Origin: a virus
Taxonomy: Duplodnaviria > Caudoviricetes
DNA: 57,464 nt
IMG/VR virus record: IMGVR_UViG_3300044272_001842
Coordinates: 1-57,464 of that record
Strand: one strand, 5' to 3'
Below are positions 37,059-45,249 of the stretch, piece after piece. Every line of letters starts with the position of its first letter. The stretch's first letter is position 1. Under the pieces are notes generated by a model. That model had not been told where the DNA came from and did no database searches. It was given only the letters and a program-made list of their open reading frames with translations. The translations under genes were made by a program, and so were the position numbers.

Positions 37059-37088
37059 AAAGGGCGGCTTTTCAGTCGCCCTTTTTTT
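37059..37088 (+). terminator. Intrinsic terminator after the major capsid gene
   Basis: AAAGGGCGGCT-TTTC-AGTCGCCCTTTTTTT. Confidence 0.88.
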
Positions 37089-37149
37089 ATGTATAGTAAT
37101 ATTACCTTGACAGCATTATGCTGACATTTGCCAAGACAAGGAGATAAAA

Positions 37150-37605
37150 ATGGCTACAACAACTTTTCAGGGCATAGTACGCTCTTACGGTGGTGGAATA
37201 AAAGGAACACATACTCCAACACCTGTTACACAAAGTGTTCAAATTTCTTTTGACCCTACAGCATCATCTGCTACTAATGTAAGAATCGGAACTTCAGCAA
37301 CTGCTGGAGAAACTCTGACCTTACCAGCAGGAGCTTTACCTATTTCGTTTATGACAATAGGTGGTTCAGCTGGTGGTACTAATCCTACAATTGATATTGG
37401 CTCATCAGGTGATCCAGATGGTTTATTCAACGAAGTGGATTGTGATACCAAAGGCTCATTAAAAGGTGCAGATGGAGCACTTGCGGTTGCTGGTGGATTA
37501 GCCGCCAGTATTACAGTTACGGCTAGTGTGGGCTCTTCTGCCGCGACGAGTGGAACTGTTACTGGTGTTCTTACTTATGCGATGGCTAATAACAGCGTAG
37601 AATAA
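37150..37605 (+). CDS. Putative virion structural protein
   Basis: MATTTFQGIVRS; Gly/Thr/Ala-rich. Confidence 0.6.
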   Translation: MATTTFQGIVRSYGGGIKGTHTPTPVTQSVQISFDPTASSATNVRIGTSATAGETLTLPAGALPISFMTIGGSAGGTNPTIDIGSSGDPDGLFNEVDCDTKGSLKGADGALAVAGGLAASITVTASVGSSAATSGTVTGVLTYAMANNSVE

Positions 37606-37617
37606 TAGGAGGCTACA

Positions 37618-37893
37618 ATGGCAAGTCCTATTACTGCAAAGACAGTAACTAGCACAGGCACTTTTAATGCTGGAAGAACTAGATTAAAATCTTTTGTCGT
37701 TAGAAGTTCTGGTAGTGGTAGTCCAGCGGCTGTATTTAGAAATAGTGATGGTTCTGGTGCGACTTTGTTAACCATGACATTTGTCACATCTGACGATACA
37801 CAAATAACAATACCTGATAATGGTATGATATTTCCAGATGGGTGTCATGTGACACTTACAGCTATAGATTCTATTACAGGGTTTTTTGGATAG
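37618..37893 (+). CDS. Putative small virion protein
   Basis: AGGAGG RBS; beta-strand-rich 91 aa. Confidence 0.6.
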   Translation: MASPITAKTVTSTGTFNAGRTRLKSFVVRSSGSGSPAAVFRNSDGSGATLLTMTFVTSDDTQITIPDNGMIFPDGCHVTLTAIDSITGFFG

Positions 37894-37895
37894 TT

Positions 37896-38180
37896 ATGGC
37901 TACGACAAAAAATGTTAAACGTACTCCCTCTGGTAAATTACAATATCGGGGGGAAACATTTTCAGGTTATAATAAACCTAAAAAAACTCCTGGAGCTAAA
38001 CGTAAGTCTGCTGTTTTAGCTAAAAAAGGTGACCAAGTCAAAATTGTTAGATTTGGTGACCCCAACATGTCTATTAAAAAAGATGTTCCAGCAAGGCGCA
38101 AATCGTTTCGTGCGAGACATAAATGTGCTACTGCTAAGGATAAGTTTTCAGCAAGATATTGGTCATGTAAGGCATGGTAA
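37896..38180 (+). CDS. Small basic protein (DUF6321-like)
   Basis: VRFGDPNMSIKK..PARRKSFRARHKC...SARYWSCKAW. Confidence 0.65.
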   Translation: MATTKNVKRTPSGKLQYRGETFSGYNKPKKTPGAKRKSAVLAKKGDQVKIVRFGDPNMSIKKDVPARRKSFRARHKCATAKDKFSARYWSCKAW

Positions 38181-38181
38181 A

Positions 38182-38340
38182 ATGAAAGCGGACGAAGTTT
38201 TAAAGTTATTAGAAAAGCATGAAGAAGAGTGTAATCGTAGATATGATTACATACAAAAACAGCTAGATAAGTTAGATATACGATTATGGGGTATAGCCGC
38301 TCTAATTATTGCGACGGCTTTAGCTAATAGGTTTATATAA
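38182..38340 (+). CDS. Small coiled-coil plus transmembrane protein (XhlA-like architecture)
   Basis: HEEECNRRY...LDIRLWGIAALIIATALA. Confidence 0.6.
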   Translation: MKADEVLKLLEKHEEECNRRYDYIQKQLDKLDIRLWGIAALIIATALANRFI

Positions 38341-38633
38341 TGGCTATGTCTAGAAGTAATATGCCAAAACAAATTAGCAAAGCACCTTCTAGCAAAAAGA
38401 AGAAATCTAAAAAACGCAATATACCGCAAAAGTATTTAGCTGGTCTTAGTGCGTCTGAACGTGCTAAACGTAAAAAAGAAATAGAGAGAAATGCAAAAAA
38501 ATCTGCAAAGGATCCTTCAGCATATGTTTTCCCTAGTGATTATAAGAGTACTGGAGTGCGGAGAAAAACCAAAGAATCCGTTCATACTAAAAAATTTCGT
38601 AAAATGTTTGGTGGAAAGGGCAAGAATAAATGA
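38340..38633 (+). CDS. Small basic protein
   Basis: 97 aa, Lys-rich. Confidence 0.7.
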   Translation: MAMSRSNMPKQISKAPSSKKKKSKKRNIPQKYLAGLSASERAKRKKEIERNAKKSAKDPSAYVFPSDYKSTGVRRKTKESVHTKKFRKMFGGKGKNK

Positions 38634-38764
38634 AAAAATTATCTGCAAAGCAAAAAAAGTTAGCGGCTTTTGCCGCTCCTCGCAACAAGATCACACGTGC
38701 GGATATCATTACTGCGGCTAAGAAAAAAGCTAAAAAGAATAATGGCAAAAAGAAAAGACCCTAA
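38630..38764 (+). CDS. 44-aa basic protein (not in ORF track)
   Basis: MKKLSAKQKKLAAFAAPRNKITRADIITAAKKK... Confidence 0.6.
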   Translation: MKKLSAKQKKLAAFAAPRNKITRADIITAAKKKAKKNNGKKKRP

Positions 38765-39035
38765 AGTAGGCACAGGCAAAAAACCTAAAGGTTCAGGCAG
38801 AAGGTTATATACCGATGAGAACCCTAAAGATACTGTCCCCATCAAGTTTGCAACACCAACTGATGCTAGAAAAACTGTCGCACGTGTTAAAAAAGTTAAA
38901 AAACCGTTTGCAAGAAAAATACAAATACTGACTGTAGGAGAGCAAAGAGCAAAGGTTATGGGTAAAAAAGAGGTTGCTAATATTTTCCGTAAAGGTAAAG
39001 ATAGTATACGTAGACAGGAGGGCAAAATAAAATGA
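38742..39035 (+). CDS. Small basic protein
   Basis: MAKRKDPKVGTGKKPKGSGRRLYTDENPKDTV. Confidence 0.7.
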   Translation: MAKRKDPKVGTGKKPKGSGRRLYTDENPKDTVPIKFATPTDARKTVARVKKVKKPFARKIQILTVGEQRAKVMGKKEVANIFRKGKDSIRRQEGKIK

Positions 39036-39301
39036 CTTTATCAGCCGCGACGAAAAAGTCTCTATCTAAAAAAGCAGAGGCCGCTAGAAAAAAAGGTAAA
39101 AAAGTTACCGCAGGACAATTAGCACGAGTTTACAAAAAAGGATTAGCCGCTTATCGGACAGGACATCGTCCAGGAGCAAGTCCAAGTCAGTGGGCTATGG
39201 CTAGAGTAAATAGCGTACTGACTGGAGGTAAAGCCGCAAAAGTTGATGCACACATATTTGGTAAAGGTAAAAAGAAGAAAGCAGAAACAAAGAAAAAATG
39301 A
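39032..39301 (+). CDS. Small basic protein (DUF5824-like)
   Basis: VYKKGLAAYRTGHRPGASPSQWAMARVNS. Confidence 0.65.
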   Translation: MTLSAATKKSLSKKAEAARKKGKKVTAGQLARVYKKGLAAYRTGHRPGASPSQWAMARVNSVLTGGKAAKVDAHIFGKGKKKKAETKKK

Positions 39302-39975
39302 GTTATTTGATAAGCAACATCCCGCATTTTAAATGTTGGGTACGCAAAGAATTTACTCATAACCACAGTGATTATCATGGAGAGTATATACACGCAATGG
39401 CTATAGCAGTTAATACTATACCCGATAGATGTTTGAGTTTCCAAGTGGTGTTTACTGGTTATGAAGCAGATGAAGAAGGTGTGGAAAATATTCATGGCGG
39501 TGCGATGTGGGCTAGATTACCCATCACAGCTTTAGTAGCAGATGTGCCATTAGAAGATTGGCCGGAACGTATGGTAACACACCATGCACAACCTTGGGAT
39601 TGTAGTTCTCACTATCATTCTGTCGTAAAACTTGATAGAGTAAGTTCTAGTCCTTGGATTTGTAAAATAGATGGTGAATTTTATACGGCAAAATATATGT
39701 TTACAGTAGATTACACAGAAACAGATATAGCGGATGATCCTGCACAACATAAACAAAGTCATGTTTTAGAGTTGACTAATGCAGGAGAATGGACAGGTAA
39801 TATTGTTGCATTACCTAATAACAGGGTGAGGGCTACTTCTCCTGCACTTTGGGAAACTGGGGAGGGTGCTCCAGATTTTCTACCTAGTCAATGGATACAT
39901 AATGCTGAAAGTGATGAAAGTTATATGGATCCAAGTATTACTTTTGATAACTTATATGCTAAAAAGGAGAAATAG
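39298..39975 (+). CDS. Hypothetical phage protein
   Basis: 225-aa ORF; GGAMWARLPI, QPWDCSS, ALPNNR. Confidence 0.75.
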   Translation: MSYLISNIPHFKCWVRKEFTHNHSDYHGEYIHAMAIAVNTIPDRCLSFQVVFTGYEADEEGVENIHGGAMWARLPITALVADVPLEDWPERMVTHHAQPWDCSSHYHSVVKLDRVSSSPWICKIDGEFYTAKYMFTVDYTETDIADDPAQHKQSHVLELTNAGEWTGNIVALPNNRVRATSPALWETGEGAPDFLPSQWIHNAESDESYMDPSITFDNLYAKKEK

Positions 39976-39976
39976 T

Positions 39977-40201
39977 ATGGCTATGCATAATAAAAAAGGG
40001 AAGGCAAATGGAGGTCGCAAAAAAATGATGGGTGGCGGCAACATGAAGAAAAAAGGAATGGCTAAAGGCGGTAGAGCTAAAATGATGGGTGGCGGTAATA
40101 TGAAGAAGAAAGGTCGCTCTAAAATGATGGGTGGTGGTAGCATGAATATGCGTAAAAAAGGTATGTCAAAAGGTGGTGCAGTAAGAGGTCCAAATAGTTA
40201 A
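39977..40201 (+). CDS. Low-complexity Lys/Gly/Met protein with KMMGGG repeats
   Basis: Three KMMGGG units; AAGGAG RBS; no acidic residues. Confidence 0.7.
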   Translation: MAMHNKKGKANGGRKKMMGGGNMKKKGMAKGGRAKMMGGGNMKKKGRSKMMGGGSMNMRKKGMSKGGAVRGPNS

Positions 40202-40881
40202 TGACAACTTCTGGTTCAACAAATTTTGAGCTTGATGTAGCTGACTATATCGAGGAAGCTTTTGAGCGTTGCGGTTTAGAGGTACGTACAGGTTATGACC
40301 TCAAAACCGCTAAACGTTCTTTAAATTTGTTGTTTGCTGATTGGGCTAATAGAGGTTTGAATAGATGGACAATAAGTCAGAACACTATATCAATAACACA
40401 AGGTACTGCAGAGTACACATTAGATGCAGATACTATTGACATATTAAGTGCTGTCATTAGAGAAAATGCTGGTACAAGCACACAATCAGATGTTCAAATC
40501 ACTAGGATAGGCAGAGATACATTCTTAAATATTCCCAGTAAAAGAACACAAGCTCGACCCACGCAATATTATGTAGACAGGCAAGTTACACCTGTTTTAA
40601 AAATCTGGCCTACACCTGATAAAGCTTATACTTTTGTTTTTGATAGACTTACAAGAATAGAAGATGCGGATACTTTTGTTAATACTGTTGAAGTGCCATT
40701 TAGATTTTATCCGTGTTTAGCGGCTGGATTAGCTTATTATTTATCTATCAAAAGAGCACCAGATAGAGTTACTCTATTGAAAGCTATGTATGAAGAAGAA
40801 TTTAATAGAGCGGCTTTTGAAGATATAGACAGGGCTAATTTAAGTCTTACACCTCGCAGAGATTTTTATGGGTTTAGTTGA
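40201..40881 (+). CDS. Putative head-tail adaptor
   Basis: IEEAFERCG, WANRGLN, RPTQYYVDR, IWPTPD; position. Confidence 0.6.
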   Translation: MTTSGSTNFELDVADYIEEAFERCGLEVRTGYDLKTAKRSLNLLFADWANRGLNRWTISQNTISITQGTAEYTLDADTIDILSAVIRENAGTSTQSDVQITRIGRDTFLNIPSKRTQARPTQYYVDRQVTPVLKIWPTPDKAYTFVFDRLTRIEDADTFVNTVEVPFRFYPCLAAGLAYYLSIKRAPDRVTLLKAMYEEEFNRAAFEDIDRANLSLTPRRDFYGFS

Positions 40882-41600
40882 TGGCGTATGCGGTCGGTAT
40901 ATATTCCAAAGCTATATGTGATAGATGCGGTTTTAGATACGATTATTTAGACTTGCGCGAAGAGTGGAATGGCTTAAAAGTATGCCCAGAGTGTTATGAA
41001 ACCAAACACCCACAGCTTGAGCCAATAAGTAAACCTAATGATCCGCAAGCACTTTTTCAGCCAAGAGTAGATGTCACTGATGATAATAATCCTTTTTTAG
41101 TTTTTACAACTACAGGTAAAGATATTATACCATCCACTATATCTGATTTGGATGCTTTAACAGGTAGTGTAGGTACGGTCACTGTTACAGGAAGTATTGC
41201 TACAAATGTAACTGCTTCTGTTACAGCAGTCACAGGTACAAGTTCTTTGGGAACTTCTGCATATACAGGTCAAATATTTGCAGTTACAGTAGCCGAATAT
41301 CTTGGTGCTAATAAATATTTTATAGATGGCACTAGACAAGCTACCGTTAATTTGACAGAGGGTCAAACTTATAGATTTGATCAAAGTGATAGTACAAATA
41401 ACGGTCATCCATTGAGGTTTTCTCTTACTTCTGATGGGACGCATGGTGGCGGTAGTGAATATACTACTGGAGTAACTACTTCTGGGACTCCTGGATACTC
41501 AGGAGCTTATACAGAAATAACAGTTGCGGCGAGTGTTGCAACCTTATATTACTATTGTACGAACCACAGCGGCATGGGCGGTCAGGCGAATACACCATGA
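40878..41600 (+). CDS. Virion protein: N-terminal CxxC...CxxC region plus C-terminal cupredoxin-like domain
   Basis: CDRC...CPEC; GHPLRFS...YYYCTNHSGMG. Confidence 0.6.
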   Translation: MMAYAVGIYSKAICDRCGFRYDYLDLREEWNGLKVCPECYETKHPQLEPISKPNDPQALFQPRVDVTDDNNPFLVFTTTGKDIIPSTISDLDALTGSVGTVTVTGSIATNVTASVTAVTGTSSLGTSAYTGQIFAVTVAEYLGANKYFIDGTRQATVNLTEGQTYRFDQSDSTNNGHPLRFSLTSDGTHGGGSEYTTGVTTSGTPGYSGAYTEITVAASVATLYYYCTNHSGMGGQANTP

Positions 41601-42241
41601 GTTACACTAATACAACACTTACACAAGCTATTAAAGATTATACAGAAAACTCTGAAACAACCTTTGTCAGTAATATTCCTAATTTTATTAAAAATGCAGA
41701 AGAACGCATACTTAAATTAGTGGAGTTAGAATACTTTAGGAAAAATGTTACAGGTACACTAAGCAATGGAAATAAATTTTTAGCCGTACCAGATGATTAT
41801 TTAGGGTCGATATCTTTATCTATTATAAACTCTAGTAGCCACGAGTTTTTACTTTTCAAAGATGTAAACTATGTGCAAGAGTTTAATCCTAATCCTGCCA
41901 CTACTGGTGTACCAAGATTTTATGCATACTTTGATGTAGACAACTTTATAGTAAGTCCTACCCCAAATGCAAATTACTCAGCTGAGTTACATTATTATTA
42001 TAGACCACAATCAATAACAGCGACTAGTGATGGCACTTCTTGGTTAGGTACAAATGCCCCTGATACCTTATTGTTTGGTAGTTTGTATGAAGCATATATT
42101 TTTATGAAAGGCGAGCAAGAGATACTTACTTTGTATAATAGTCGTTTTGTAGAAGCTATGTCCAGACTTAAAAATTATGGTGAAGCAACTGAAAACACAG
42201 ATGCGTTTAGAACTGGTATTAAGGTTTCTCGTAAAACATGA
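41597..42241 (+). CDS. Putative adaptor / tail tubular protein
   Basis: FIKNAEERI, GVPRFYA, PTPN..Y..EL.Y, PD.LL.GSL.EA. Confidence 0.6.
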   Translation: MSYTNTTLTQAIKDYTENSETTFVSNIPNFIKNAEERILKLVELEYFRKNVTGTLSNGNKFLAVPDDYLGSISLSIINSSSHEFLLFKDVNYVQEFNPNPATTGVPRFYAYFDVDNFIVSPTPNANYSAELHYYYRPQSITATSDGTSWLGTNAPDTLLFGSLYEAYIFMKGEQEILTLYNSRFVEAMSRLKNYGEATENTDAFRTGIKVSRKT

Positions 42242-42981
42242 CCACGTTAGAAAATAAAGAAGTAGCGATTGTCGCTTTAGGTGGTTCTTTTTCTGAATAT
42301 GTTTTAACTAGAATAAACTCTGTACGATATGATGAGGTATGGGGAATAAATTGTATTGGTGCTATTTTACATGTAGATCGCACTTTTATGATGGATCCAG
42401 CTTCTAGGTTTTTAGATGATACAAAAGCAGGAAAACAAACAGGTGTCGCAAACGAGTTTTTATTAGAAACTAAAAATAAGGGTGTTATATACTCTTGTTG
42501 CATAGATGAACGTGTACCAGAAATAGTGGAATACCCATTAGAAGATGTTATTAATACAGTCAAAGTAGCGTATTTTAATAATACAGTCGCTTATGCAATC
42601 GCATTTGCTATTTATGCAAAAGTAAAAAAAGTGCATCTTTTTGGCATAGATTTTTCATATAAAGAAAACATACATTTTGCTGAAGCTGGTAGAGCTTGTG
42701 TTGAGTTTTGGTGTGCTATGGCAATACAAAATAACGTAGCTATAGAAGTAGCAAGAACATCACCTTTATTAGATGTAAACGTGCCTGATGAAGAAAAACT
42801 GTACGGCTATCATAGATTAGATAATCCTTTAATACAGTCTGTTGTTGATGGTAAGTTGAAAATAACTAAAAAAGATAGCATGTCACCACCCGAGGCAGAG
42901 GACGCAAAAAAAGTTAAACCTGTTTTAATAGGTAGACATGATATACCAAATGTTACTTATATGGAAAAAGGTAAAAAATGA
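42238..42981 (+). CDS. Putative Maf/GT42-like (DUF115-type) transferase
   Basis: VAIVALGGS, VWGIN, NTVAYAIAFAI...VHLFGIDF. Confidence 0.45.
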   Translation: MTTLENKEVAIVALGGSFSEYVLTRINSVRYDEVWGINCIGAILHVDRTFMMDPASRFLDDTKAGKQTGVANEFLLETKNKGVIYSCCIDERVPEIVEYPLEDVINTVKVAYFNNTVAYAIAFAIYAKVKKVHLFGIDFSYKENIHFAEAGRACVEFWCAMAIQNNVAIEVARTSPLLDVNVPDEEKLYGYHRLDNPLIQSVVDGKLKITKKDSMSPPEAEDAKKVKPVLIGRHDIPNVTYMEKGKK

Positions 42982-43268
42982 TTAGTGTATCTAGCGATAT
43001 TAATGTTAATTCTGTGAATGTAATGACCTCAGCAGAGGGTGGTTTAAGCTCTGAACAGTTAACAGAATTAGCTATGGATAAGGTGATGCGAGTGTCCGAC
43101 ACAGCACCTCCTGTAATTAAAGAACAAGCGGAAGTATTTAGGGGTAGTTTGCAAAAAGTTCTGTATCATTATATAGAATTGGCAAGACGAGAAGAACGTG
43201 CTACTATTGCACATAAGATGTCCAAAGCTGGACAAACAGAAATGGCTGATCTTGTAAGGAGAATTTAA
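42978..43268 (+). CDS. Hypothetical protein
   Basis: 96-aa ORF coupled to its neighbours. Confidence 0.7.
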   Translation: MISVSSDINVNSVNVMTSAEGGLSSEQLTELAMDKVMRVSDTAPPVIKEQAEVFRGSLQKVLYHYIELARREERATIAHKMSKAGQTEMADLVRRI

Positions 43269-43724
43269 ATGGCTATAGCACAAGCAATGTGTAGTTCCTT
43301 CAAAAAAGAACTATTAGAGGGTGTACACAATTTTAAAAACTCAGGTGGTGATACTTTTAAACTCGCTTTGTATGCAGAAGGTGGCGGTGGTAAATCTAGC
43401 ACTACAGCTACTTTAGGAGCAACGACCACAGCTTTTACCACAACAGGTGAAGTTGCTAATAGTGGTTCATATACTTCGGGCGGTGGTACATTAACTAGGG
43501 TAGACCCTTCACTTTCCGGTACTACAGCAATTACTGATTTTGCGGATCTTAGTTTTACAACAGCTACGATTACAGCAATGGGAGCTTTGATTTATAATAG
43601 CAGTGATTCTAATAAAGCTGTTGCAGTGCTTGATTTTAGTACCAATAAAACATCTACTTCTGGTACTTTTACTATACAGTTCCCAACAGCAGATGCGAGT
43701 AACGCCATCATTCGTATTGCATAG
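43269..43724 (+). CDS. Putative tail structural protein
   Basis: SFKKELL..HNF....DTFKLALY; Thr/Gly-rich. Confidence 0.6.
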   Translation: MAIAQAMCSSFKKELLEGVHNFKNSGGDTFKLALYAEGGGGKSSTTATLGATTTAFTTTGEVANSGSYTSGGGTLTRVDPSLSGTTAITDFADLSFTTATITAMGALIYNSSDSNKAVAVLDFSTNKTSTSGTFTIQFPTADASNAIIRIA

Positions 43725-43732
43725 GTGACGCT

Positions 43733-44755
43733 GTGGCACTCGTACTTGCCGATAGGGTCAAAGAAACCTCGACCACAACGGGAACTGGCACTTATACTCT
43801 TGCTGGTGCTGTCACTGGGTTTGAGTCTTTTGGTTCAATCGGTAATGGCAATACTACTTATTACGCTTGCACTCTTGGTTCTGATTTTGAGGTGGGTATA
43901 GGCACTTATACCTCCTCTGGCACTACGTTAGCTCGAACTACAATACTACAGTCTAGTAACTCTGATAACGCTGTTAATTGGGGTGCTGGTACAAAAACTC
44001 TGTTTTGCACTCAGCCAGCAGAAAAAGCGGTGTTTAGGGATGCTAGTGGTAATGTAAGCGTTAGTGGCACTATAACTGGTACGGGAACTTCTGTATTTAC
44101 TAATTTAGATATCTCTGGAGATGTGGACGTAGATGGCACATTAGAAGCTGATGCTATGACGCTCAACGGTACATCAATTACATCAACTGCTACTTTGTCT
44201 ACAGGAATATCAAATAATAATGTGCCTAAGTTTACAAGCGGTGTAGCTGATAATGACTTTTTACGAGTAGATGGCACAGCAATCGAAGGTCGTTCTGCTT
44301 CTGAAGTATTGTCTGATATAGGCGCACAAGCAAGTCTCACCTTTGGTATATCTAACACAAACGCAGTCAAGATAGATAGTAGTTCTGTAGCGGATAATGA
44401 ATTTGCAAGATTTACAGCTAATGGCTTGGAAAGCAGAAGTACAAGTGAAGTCTTGTCAGATATAGGTGCTATCACAGCTAGTTCTACAGACACTTTAACT
44501 AATAAAACAATAAATGCCTCTCAGCTATCAGGTACAATCGCTGATGCAAGACTTTCTTCTGCTGTATTGACAACATCAAATTCAGATGCTCCCTCTACCA
44601 CAACATCAAGCAGTGATGCAGACTTTGTTCTTATAGATGATGGTGGTACAATGAAAAAAATAACACCAGCTAATTTAGGTGTTCCTGCGAATAAAGATTT
44701 TGGTTTAGTAACAGGTTCTGTAACAGGAACCGAAGATTTTGGATCGGTTGCATAA
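43733..44755 (+). CDS. Tail fibre-like protein with internal repeats
   Basis: MALVLADRVKETSTTTGTG N-terminus; two GISN...VADN.F....RS.SEVLSDIGA repeats. Confidence 0.65.
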   Translation: MALVLADRVKETSTTTGTGTYTLAGAVTGFESFGSIGNGNTTYYACTLGSDFEVGIGTYTSSGTTLARTTILQSSNSDNAVNWGAGTKTLFCTQPAEKAVFRDASGNVSVSGTITGTGTSVFTNLDISGDVDVDGTLEADAMTLNGTSITSTATLSTGISNNNVPKFTSGVADNDFLRVDGTAIEGRSASEVLSDIGAQASLTFGISNTNAVKIDSSSVADNEFARFTANGLESRSTSEVLSDIGAITASSTDTLTNKTINASQLSGTIADARLSSAVLTTSNSDAPSTTTSSSDADFVLIDDGGTMKKITPANLGVPANKDFGLVTGSVTGTEDFGSVA

Positions 44756-45249
44756 TGGCTACACAAGTACAGTTTAGAAGAGGCACAACATCAGAAACAG
44801 GTTCTTTTACTGGGGCTGTTGGAGAAGTTACGGTTGACACAGATAAAGATACTGTTGTTGTTCATGACGGGTCACAAGCTGGAGGGTTTGCAGTAGCAAA
44901 CCTTAAAACAGCACAAGAGTTCACAGCCACACAAAATTTTAATGCCACGACATTATCAGATGCTTCTACAGTATCATGGGATGCAAGTGCTAACCAAGTA
45001 ACAAGTGTAACGCTTGGAGGTAACAGAACATTAGGAGCGGCATCTAATCAAATAGATGGTGGGGTGTATGTTATATCGATTATACAAGATGGCACTGGGT
45101 CTAGAACTTTATCTTTCAATAGTAACTACAAATTTGTTAAAGGAACAGCACCTACATTAACTACAACCGCTAGTGCCAGAGATGTATTAGTTTTTGTAAG
45201 TAATGGAACAAATATGTTTGAAATTGGTAGGGCATTAAATGTATCATGA
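44755..45249 (+). CDS. Tail fibre-associated protein with Mtd-like N-terminus
   Basis: VQFRRGTT....FTGAVGEVTVDTDK.TVVVHDG...GG. Confidence 0.7.
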   Translation: MATQVQFRRGTTSETGSFTGAVGEVTVDTDKDTVVVHDGSQAGGFAVANLKTAQEFTATQNFNATTLSDASTVSWDASANQVTSVTLGGNRTLGAASNQIDGGVYVISIIQDGTGSRTLSFNSNYKFVKGTAPTLTTTASARDVLVFVSNGTNMFEIGRALNVS

